Virus record (IMG/VR): IMGVR_UViG_3300032303_001830
Span: 1 to 50,818 of that record
Origin: a virus
Lineage: Duplodnaviria; Caudoviricetes
Reading direction: 5' to 3' (one strand)
Length of the DNA stretch: 50,818 bases
The notes beneath the pieces were generated by a model. That model was given only the letters and a program-made list of their open reading frames with translations, did no database searches and was not told where the DNA came from. The first letter of the stretch is position 1. Each line of letters opens with the position of its first letter. Shown here in pieces: positions 19,283 to 26,437 of this stretch. A program made the position numbers and the translations under genes.

Positions 19283-19586
19283 TTAGTATCCTGTCAATGT
19301 CTTCATCAGGAACACCCTGTTCTTTGCCTGTTTTACGAACTTGCTCGGCTGTTTCCATTTTGAGCAGGACAAGCCTGTCTGTAAGTGGTGTGAAACCGAT
19401 TTTTTGAGAGATTTGGATAGCAATAGATAGAGCCTTGTAAGTGTCAGGGTCAGCGTAGCCTTGCTCTGTAAAACTCTCAACTAGCCCACCAATGATAGTC
19501 AAACTAAGAACTGCCAACGCTTTATCGTCAGCGTCATCTAGTAGTTCATTTAGGTCAGGGTGGTCGTTGCCACAATTGTCGCACAT
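19275..19586 (-). CDS. hypothetical protein
   Basis: Start MCDNCG after GAAAGGA. Confidence 0.65.
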   Translation of the reverse strand: MCDNCGNDHPDLNELLDDADDKALAVLSLTIIGGLVESFTEQGYADPDTYKALSIAIQISQKIGFTPLTDRLVLLKMETAEQVRKTGKEQGVPDEDIDRILNA

Positions 19587-19851
19587 CTTTCGTCCTTTCA
19601 TTAGAAGTAGGTGCTTACAAGAAAAGTAAAGCACAACTAACTATTCGTGTCAAGTTCATTTACAAAGTTTTTTTGTGTTTCGCAATCTATTAGAAAAAAT
19701 GAAAACTAGCAGAAGTGCTAATGATAATGAACGAACCCCTGACTACCCAGAAAGGACGGAGAGATAGTCAGGGGTTCTAATCAGTTGAGAGAGAGCATTA
19801 GGTTAGGGGGCAAGTTTCTCAATCTCTCAACTGACTTTTGTTAGCGATTAG

Positions 19852-21672
19852 TTATCTACCAATCGCAATCTTTGCTAGTGCGTCTGTTGCTGACTTACCG
19901 ATTGCCATAGCAATCTTGTCTGTTTCCATTTGGTTTAGCACCACGCCATTATTTCCAACTATGGAACTAGCACTATTGTAGCAACCCTTAGGAACAACCC
20001 ATAGAACAGCAACTCCATTTTGCTTACACATCTCTAACGCTTTCTTAGCGTTAGCAGTTTCATCACTTGTGTATTGTCCGTCAGATACGATTACGAGCAA
20101 CTTCACGCCTGATGAATAAGTTAGTCCCAAGTGTCCGTCAAGTGCGTCCCACGCCTGACCAAAGACTTCCGTGCCGTCAGGGGCAGAATAGACCGATACC
20201 TTTTCCAACTTCTGTCCGACTTTTAGGGTCGGGAACACACCCGAGCCGTAATAGACCATAGCAGTTTTAGCCTGAACCCTGCGACCACTCTCGGATAGAA
20301 CCCAAGCCGTAGTTGCCATAGCGTCCATAGCACCACCCATAGAACCTGATACATCTACCATTACTCCGATAGATAGTGTCGGGTCGTCTGTGTGTTTCCG
20401 TATGGTTCGTTCCCAAGCAGGAAGTTCTGCGAGAACACCCTTAGACTTCATAGCCAAGTTCTGAATAGCGATACGAGTTTTCAGGCGACCCTGTGGCAAT
20501 ACAGACTTTACATCTGTGATTGACCTTTCACGATACTTTGCCTTTTCCAGCATTTGAGCAATCTTTACAGCACTTGCTCTCTCGTTCCCACTCGGATTTC
20601 TTTGCTCTCTCAATACAGAACTAGAACCTGATGTTCCAACTTCGCCTGTGCCTTTACTAAACACTTTGCTCGCCTGATTTTTAGCCTTTTGGATTTCCTT
20701 TTGGCGTTCCTGCGATTTGCTTAGTTGTTCCTTTTGCTGTTCGGAAAGTTGCTGTTCATTGACTTCCTGATTAGCAGAGAGCATTGTTTCATCTGCGTCA
20801 TTGGTCAAAGCGTCAAGTAGTTCTTGTAGTTCGTCAGGGGTCATTGGACGCTTGCCCTTACCCTTACCCTTTTCACCACTCTCGCCACCTTTCCCAGACG
20901 GAAACTTACAGCCGTCAGTTTCAGTTTCAGGGTCAAGTTCATTTAGTAGGTCGTTCCAATCCTTAGCAAGTTGTTCCCCCTTAGCGACTTCGGTTTGGTC
21001 TAGTTTCTGAAACGCTACCCAGATAGCACGGAACTTATCAAAGGTTTCCTTACCAATCAGTTCTAGCACCTTGTCATAAGTAGCACGAACATCTGATAGC
21101 AACAGAACGCCACTATCAACACGAGCAAGTGATAAAGCACAAAGGAACGCAACAGCCCTAATGTGAGATAGACCTGCCAGACTTTCATTTACATCTGCGA
21201 GAGCAATCTCTAAGGCAGAACTTCTAAGGAACACAGCATTTTCAGGGTGGTTGATAACACCCAATCTCTCAATACGACTTTCATCTAGTAGAGAGAAAGT
21301 TGCGAAAACCTTTTCGTCCATAGCGTCTAATACTGATTGTTCCCACTCTGAAAATCTAGCGTGTAGAGCCTCGTGGAAAATGACACCTGTTGGAACTGCC
21401 CAATCGTATTGGACGGCTCTATCAGTTAGGTCGCCTACCAGAGCAGGTGTAGCACCTTTACCAAAAGCAACTTCTATGTTGATTTCCATTTCAGCAACAG
21501 ACTTTACATAGCAAGCAGTATGTCCCATACCTGCGTCAGTTCCAGCATAGACAACTATGTCGCCACGCTTTGCCCAAGTATTTACAATCTGCCCTATTTG
21601 AGAACAGATTTTTAGCCACTCCTTAGGGGTAGTGCTAGTGCGTGTATCTAACCTTGATACATAATGAGCCAT
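19852..21672 (-). CDS. VWA-domain protein with N-terminal HExxH metallopeptidase-like motif (CobT-like partner of AAA ATPase)
   Basis: FHEALHARFS; MIDAS DVSGSM...DGT...VSDG; start moved to MAHYV after GAAAGGA. Confidence 0.85.
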   Translation of the reverse strand: MAHYVSRLDTRTSTTPKEWLKICSQIGQIVNTWAKRGDIVVYAGTDAGMGHTACYVKSVAEMEINIEVAFGKGATPALVGDLTDRAVQYDWAVPTGVIFHEALHARFSEWEQSVLDAMDEKVFATFSLLDESRIERLGVINHPENAVFLRSSALEIALADVNESLAGLSHIRAVAFLCALSLARVDSGVLLLSDVRATYDKVLELIGKETFDKFRAIWVAFQKLDQTEVAKGEQLAKDWNDLLNELDPETETDGCKFPSGKGGESGEKGKGKGKRPMTPDELQELLDALTNDADETMLSANQEVNEQQLSEQQKEQLSKSQERQKEIQKAKNQASKVFSKGTGEVGTSGSSSVLREQRNPSGNERASAVKIAQMLEKAKYRERSITDVKSVLPQGRLKTRIAIQNLAMKSKGVLAELPAWERTIRKHTDDPTLSIGVMVDVSGSMGGAMDAMATTAWVLSESGRRVQAKTAMVYYGSGVFPTLKVGQKLEKVSVYSAPDGTEVFGQAWDALDGHLGLTYSSGVKLLVIVSDGQYTSDETANAKKALEMCKQNGVAVLWVVPKGCYNSASSIVGNNGVVLNQMETDKIAMAIGKSATDALAKIAIGR

Positions 21673-21854
21673 TTGTTTTTGTCCTTTCGTTTGGCTTACT
21701 AAAAGTGTATAGGATTTTTGGCTAGTGTCAATAGTATTTCCAAAGATTTTTTCCTGACTATTAGAAAAAATGAAAACTAGCAGAAGTGATAAAGAGAAAA
21801 GAAAAAGTGCCAAGTTTTTAGGCTTGACACTTTTCTTGTTAGTAGGACGAACTA

Positions 21855-22874
21855 CTAAATCTTTGCTGACTTACACTCTGCCCCAAAGACACGAGTGAAT
21901 ACATCAGCAACAACAGCCCTGTCCATTTCGGGTGCTGACGCAAGCAGATTGGAAACTGCCCACTCTGTCCCGAAAGTTTTGGCAACATCACGGAACGCAA
22001 GCAACTCTCGCATTTGTGGCGACCAAGATACTTCACCTGAAATCTGTTTCTTGTTTAGGTTTTGAGCAACAGATACAGCGTGAGCAGGAACACCCAACTT
22101 CTTAGCAAGTGAGTAATCAGTAGTCATTTCTGCCTGAATAACACAGCGAGATAGTAGTGCTTCGGATAGGCGAACCCCCGGTGCGTTAGGGTTTGTGGCA
22201 CAGATTACATAGAAACCCTTTTTGGCTTTGATTGTTCCCCTTTCGGCATTTGCCGTAATGGTCAGTTCATCTCTGCCGTCCATAAGACCATAGACGATAG
22301 ACATAACCTTAGGGTCAATCAGACCAACTTCGTCAATCAGTAGAACCTTACCTTGCTCTACTGCCTGTGTCAGAACTCCGTCAATCCACTCAAAAGAGCC
22401 ACTAGGGGTCTGAACATAGTTTCCAACGAAGTCAGATACTTCGGTGTCGCCTGTTCCCAAAATGGTAAGCAGGTCGTCCCCGAAACTTGCTTCGGCTAGT
22501 GCTGTCTTACCACACCCCGGCGACCCATAAAGCAAGATGAACTGATTGTTCTCTCGTGCCTTACGCAGAACCGAAATGTCGGTGTGGCTACCCCAAGCAC
22601 GAGTGTAATACTCCTGCCCATTTGGACGAGTGTATTTCTCGTCAGATGTCATACTTTCCACCACTTGCTCTACAACCTTTGCTTTTGGTTTGGTAATGCC
22701 TGTTCCAGCCTTTGCTCGTAGATTAGCACGAGCAGATGTAGGCATTAGGGTTTCCATAGTAGCAGTAATGCTTGCCACGCTAGGAAGTCCTAGTGTCTGA
22801 TTTGTGATACCTGTTAGCAGGTCTGACATCTCTGAATAGATGTCTTTGATGTTTAGTTCATCAGTTGTTGTCAT
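21855..22874 (-). CDS. MoxR/CbbQ/CobS-type AAA+ ATPase
   Basis: Walker A GSPGCGKT, Walker B LLIDE, CATNP, LSEALLSR. Confidence 0.9.
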   Translation of the reverse strand: MTTTDELNIKDIYSEMSDLLTGITNQTLGLPSVASITATMETLMPTSARANLRAKAGTGITKPKAKVVEQVVESMTSDEKYTRPNGQEYYTRAWGSHTDISVLRKARENNQFILLYGSPGCGKTALAEASFGDDLLTILGTGDTEVSDFVGNYVQTPSGSFEWIDGVLTQAVEQGKVLLIDEVGLIDPKVMSIVYGLMDGRDELTITANAERGTIKAKKGFYVICATNPNAPGVRLSEALLSRCVIQAEMTTDYSLAKKLGVPAHAVSVAQNLNKKQISGEVSWSPQMRELLAFRDVAKTFGTEWAVSNLLASAPEMDRAVVADVFTRVFGAECKSAKI

Positions 22875-22886
22875 TTTTGTTCGTCC

Positions 22887-23393
22887 TTATCTTGTATAAA
22901 CTTTGTCAGGAAAGCCAAGTGATAACCTAGCCTTTTGTATGCGTCTAAGTGCTGACGCAGGAACTTTCCACTCCTTGATGTCTGTTAGGTCTATGTTGCT
23001 CAACTCAAAGACAATAGGTGTGTTCTTACGAAGTATGGTGTAGTCGTAAGACATTTGGCGTTTTAGAAACTTCTCAATCTTTTCAGTAATAAGTTTCTGT
23101 TGTTCGTCCTTAGGCAACTTCTTTTCATCAGCAGATAGTCCCATAAGGTTTGTTCGCCATTGACTTCTAGGCGACCAAGACGAGATGTTTCTGAAAATGA
23201 CAGCAGTTTCTACTAAATTGCCCTTTTCATCTACACCAGCAGGGGTGATTAGCACCTGTGCTGTGTAGTCGTGTGATGTGTTGCTGTGTTGTAGTTCTAG
23301 GTAGATACCTTTTCCTACAACCTTTGGTTCTGACAGAGCAGTAGCGACAGCAGTTGCTACTTCTGTTTCTAATGTTCCGAACTCGGTTGTCAT
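22887..23393 (-). CDS. hypothetical protein
   Basis: Start MTTEF after AGGA; TTGACA promoter near 23472. Confidence 0.65.
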   Translation of the reverse strand: MTTEFGTLETEVATAVATALSEPKVVGKGIYLELQHSNTSHDYTAQVLITPAGVDEKGNLVETAVIFRNISSWSPRSQWRTNLMGLSADEKKLPKDEQQKLITEKIEKFLKRQMSYDYTILRKNTPIVFELSNIDLTDIKEWKVPASALRRIQKARLSLGFPDKVYTR

Positions 23394-23506
23394 TAGTTTC
23401 GTCCTACACTTTCGTTGATTTGTTATTTGTTGGTGTTCCAACATTTACTACTTTACACGAGTATTTAGTTCTGTCAAGTCTTTTTACAAAGATTTTTTAT
23501 TTTTTT

Positions 23507-23965
23507 TTACAAGAACAAAATACCAGCAAGTATAAGGTAGCCAGCGTATAGAGCAGGTGCTAGTGGAACTGACTTCACTCCAACTTTGATAAGTAGAACT
23601 AATGAAATAGGAATAGCAACAGCAATAGCAACAAAAGGAACTACTAATACAAAGAGAGATGCCCAAGATAGAGATAGCACCATAGCAGTTATCAACTTCA
23701 CATCACCCATACCAATCCAATCAAAGTAGTTGGCAACTACACCAACTATTAGATAGGCAGTAGCAAGAAGTAGTGGCATTAGTAAAGCGTTCCACCAATC
23801 AGCAGTAAGCACTACATAAGTAATAGATGTAAGTAGCCAGATAGGGAATAAAGGTAGAACTAACTTATTAGGTAGTCTGTGTTCCTTTATGTCTATTACT
23901 AATAGTGGAATAGCAATAGCGATTAGATAAGCAATAGGAATAAATAAAAGGGTTTCATTAGTCAT
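23507..23965 (-). CDS. A24 family prepilin peptidase (TadV-like aspartic peptidase)
   Basis: Polytopic; IDIKEHRLPN, GMGDVKL (both catalytic Asp), VPLAPAL. Confidence 0.85.
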   Translation of the reverse strand: MTNETLLFIPIAYLIAIAIPLLVIDIKEHRLPNKLVLPLFPIWLLTSITYVVLTADWWNALLMPLLLATAYLIVGVVANYFDWIGMGDVKLITAMVLSLSWASLFVLVVPFVAIAVAIPISLVLLIKVGVKSVPLAPALYAGYLILAGILFL

Positions 23966-24091
23966 ACCTAAAAAGGTAGCACACTTGTTTTATTGACGCA
24001 AGTGTTATTTTTCATTTTTTCGTTTTTTATTTAGATTTCGTTAGAACTTGATAAACGGGAACAGACTAGACATCAACATCAAAACTTCTAA

Positions 24092-24397
24092 CTAATCGTC
24101 AAGAGTGAAGTCATCAAAATCTTCGTGCTTATCAAACAAAGTTCCATACAACTCAACGGGTTCATTGGTATCGGGTGCTAGCACAGGGGTAGCACAATCA
24201 AGGCAAACGAACCAAGTAGTGTCCGTCTCATCAAGCACTAGCGCAAATGCGTAGAGCACTCCGTTCACATCACCGATGTTCTCTTCACACGTAGAGCAGA
24301 CCAAGCCGTTAATCTCATCACGCTCAAGCAGGCCAGACAGGCAAGCCGTCTCGACATCGCGTGCCGTTTCAATAATGTGAAGTTCAATATGTCTCAT
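24092..24397 (-). CDS. zinc-binding acidic protein
   Basis: CSTC...CLDC. Confidence 0.65.
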   Translation of the reverse strand: MRHIELHIIETARDVETACLSGLLERDEINGLVCSTCEENIGDVNGVLYAFALVLDETDTTWFVCLDCATPVLAPDTNEPVELYGTLFDKHEDFDDFTLDD

Positions 24398-24470
24398 ATT
24401 GCTATAGTAACCCGTTCCGTTAAACCTTATTTGGAAGTAGCAGTGTGCTCGCCCGTCATCGGCAGCGGGC

Positions 24471-24674
24471 CACTTCGGGCCGTTCGTTAGAAGTGGGGAG
24501 CTCTAAACCCTGAGGACCTTGAGGACCTGTTGGTCCAGTAGGTCCTTGTGTCCTCTCACTTCGGGCCGTTCGTTAAAAGTTCGGATCCGCAGCACGCTGC
24601 AGGCCACATCCGTTTATTCGTTGGAAGTTTACCTGGGATGCTGAGCTCATCACTTCAAGCCGTTCGTTAAAAGA
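24471..24674. repeat. four 24-bp repeats CACTTCGGGCCGTTCGTTA(G/A)AAGT
   Basis: Copies at 24471, 24557, 24605 (degenerate), 24651 in non-coding DNA. Confidence 0.85.
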
Positions 24675-24718
24675 AAAGACCCCGTCCGTTAGGACAGGGT
24701 CTTATTTAGGCGGGCCGT

Positions 24719-24931
24719 TTAAACGTACTCAGCCTTGAAGTCTTCTTCGCACGAAGTGCACCACCATTCAAGTTGACCGTCTTTGAAGTTTATCTCTTGA
24801 CTGGCCAGCCCGTTATCACAGGCTTCACAGGTGAAAGTAGCCCAGCCATTGAAGCAGGACTCGCACATCGGGAAGTTCGGGTGGCCTTCGGGGGAAGCCA
24901 CCAAGTCTTCGCACTTATAACAAATCTTCAT
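24719..24931 (-). CDS. Cys-rich zinc-finger protein
   Basis: Four CxxC pairs. Confidence 0.65.
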   Translation of the reverse strand: MKICYKCEDLVASPEGHPNFPMCESCFNGWATFTCEACDNGLASQEINFKDGQLEWWCTSCEEDFKAEYV

Positions 24932-25378
24932 TAGTTGTCCTCATCGGCTTCTTCATTAAACTTTTCCCAGAGTTCTTCCGCCATTGGATGTGGGATTTGC
25001 TCCACGCCATCAAGTAGCCTGAAAAACATTTGCTTCCAGTCGTTCATTAGTTGTTCTCCTCTGTCCTGAGTTTGTTTAGTATTACCGCGTAAGAATTGAA
25101 AGCCCCGTCAGCATAGGCATAATCGTATGAGTTGATGTTTATTGTTTCCATCGTATTAGAAAAGTATTCCATCTGCTCTTTCACAAAAGCAACTAGTTCT
25201 TCATTCATTAGTTGTCCTCGCCATCGATTGTTTGGTTGTACTCTTTCCAGACGTCAGTCTCTCTGACTTCGCTACCGAATACTTCTTCTAGTCGGTCGAG
25301 TGTATATCTCACGCCATCAATAAAAACTTCGGTTTTTATCTCTTCAAGAGTTTTATTTAGGTCTTCTTCGTTGTCCAT
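24931..25378 (-). CDS. three translationally coupled mini-genes (24931..25047, 25047..25208, 25208..25378)
   Basis: Hand-translated; each joined by GAG(G/A)ACAACTAATG. Confidence 0.6.
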
Positions 25379-25435
25379 TGGTTTTCCTTTACAGTCTTGC
25401 TACAAGTGTAACTTGTTCTGTTGTTTTGTCAAGTG

Positions 25436-25648
25436 TTAGTCGTCTTCTAATTTCTTAGTGTTTAGAAGTTCCAGTGCAAGATGGTACTCTCCATCTTCTT
25501 CTTCACCTTGGTATTCTCGCCACTCTTGTGTGTCTGTATCCCAGACCTGCTCGTAATCTTGAAAGCGAGCAGTAAAGGTTCCATCATCTATGGAAACAGT
25601 TTGCGCGTCTAGGTCAACAGCAAGAACAAAGTAAACCATCCTTGCCAT
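25436..25648 (-). CDS. small acidic protein
   Basis: ORF track; coupled to 25648..25824. Confidence 0.65.
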   Translation of the reverse strand: MARMVYFVLAVDLDAQTVSIDDGTFTARFQDYEQVWDTDTQEWREYQGEEEDGEYHLALELLNTKKLEDD

Positions 25649-25824
25649 TAGTTGGTTTCCTCTTTGTCGTGGTCTGAGATGAACTCATCTTCAATGTCAT
25701 AGAAACGCTTCACTACTTCCATAGCCTTAGGCCACGTGAATAGGTTGATGTATGTTCCTCTGTGCATTTCAATAAGTTCGTCAGCGAACTCGTGTAGTTC
25801 TTTGTCGTATGGTGGGTTGCTCAT
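25648..25824 (-). CDS. small hypothetical protein (58 aa)
   Basis: Hand-translated MSNPPYDKELHEF...; GAAAGG RBS; TTGACA upstream. Confidence 0.6.
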   Translation of the reverse strand: MSNPPYDKELHEFADELIEMHRGTYINLFTWPKAMEVVKRFYDIEDEFISDHDKEETN

Positions 25825-25909
25825 TGGGAGCCTTTCTTTAAGTGATGACTAAAACGTAGCACGTGTATTTTTGAATGTCAAGTATTTAAAAAAGAAAAAA
25901 TGAAAACTT

Positions 25910-26095
25910 TTATTTTCTGAGGATGACTTCTGATGAAACAACAGTGCTACGCACCCTGGTCTCTTTTATTAGTTGAGCATTGAACCTTATGCGGTCAAAC
26001 GCACGCTGAGCGTCAAAGAAGTTATTAAACGTTTGAGCACTGTCAACGGTTCCGTTAGAAGTTTGATGAATGACAACAAACGTTGGCTTAGACAT
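25910..26095 (-). CDS. hypothetical protein
   Basis: Start MSKPTF after GGAAG. Confidence 0.5.
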   Translation of the reverse strand: MSKPTFVVIHQTSNGTVDSAQTFNNFFDAQRAFDRIRFNAQLIKETRVRSTVVSSEVILRK

Positions 26096-26396
26096 ATTCA
26101 CTTCCGTAAAGTCTGTCCAGCAACCTAGGCGACTGAACAAAGAATCCCTTGTTAGCAGGAGCATCCGTGAAGTCTTCTGGCGTCAACAAACGACCAAGCC
26201 GAGTTTCAACGCAACCGATGCACGCCATCACTGGACGCCTGGAACTTTCTAGTGGAGGCCGTGCCGCAAGCCAAACCTCATCGTGAAGCATATAGTACTC
26301 ATTGATGTGAAGTGTGTTGACTCCGCAGTGGACACACGTAAACAAATCGCAGTCCCGTTTTTTATTTGTGCAAGTATTGCAAGTTTCTGAGTTCAT
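26088..26396 (-). CDS. zinc-binding phage protein
   Basis: CVHC..EYYMLHDEVW..CIGCVETRLGRLL.PEDF. Confidence 0.7.
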   Translation of the reverse strand: MNSETCNTCTNKKRDCDLFTCVHCGVNTLHINEYYMLHDEVWLAARPPLESSRRPVMACIGCVETRLGRLLTPEDFTDAPANKGFFVQSPRLLDRLYGSEYV

Positions 26397-26437
26397 AGAA
26401 GTAGTAAACCATACCGCGCCTGGTTTGTCAAGTCTAC

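Larger units (their letters stand above)
4798..21794. repeat. array of 25 co-oriented 36-bp intergenic elements TATTAG-N24-NCAATA (core AGAAAAAATGAAAA[C/G]T)
   Basis: Starts at about 4798, 5361, 5760, 6503, 7162, 8066, 8554, 9098, 9588, 10210, 10532, 11279, 11824, 12422, 13041, 13710, 14209, 14601, 15548, 16114, 16817, 17801, 18404, 19688, 21759; partial copies near 14658 and 25893; inverted core near 24008. Confidence 0.95.

Noticed and set aside
6590-21511. Numerous plus-strand ORFs within the array (e.g. 6590, 11420, 14362, 18051, 20801, 21251)
   Set aside because: Ser-rich antisense shadows of minus-strand genes that have clear RBS, promoter and terminator context.
4798-21794. CRISPR array (36-bp repeats)
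   Set aside because: Intervals are 0.3-2 kb and contain genes with promoters and terminators, the repeat middle is variable, and no cas genes are recognisable.
4798-21794. Classical integron with attC sites
   Set aside because: No tyrosine integrase in the window, no GTTRRRY/RYYYAAC boxes or long attC hairpins, and the cassettes carry their own promoters.
21673-21813. N-terminal extension of the VWA ORF given in the ORF track
   Set aside because: It runs through the 36-bp element and promoter. The RBS-supported start is the ATG at 21672.
19852-22874. Cobalamin biosynthesis genes (cobST) serving the B12-dependent RNR
   Set aside because: No cobN or other cob genes are present, and AAA-VWA pairs are common in phages without a demonstrated chelatase role.
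24471-24674. Mini-CRISPR array
   Set aside because: Spacers are irregular (62, 24, 22 bp), repeats are degenerate and there are no cas genes. Kept as a cis-element finding.
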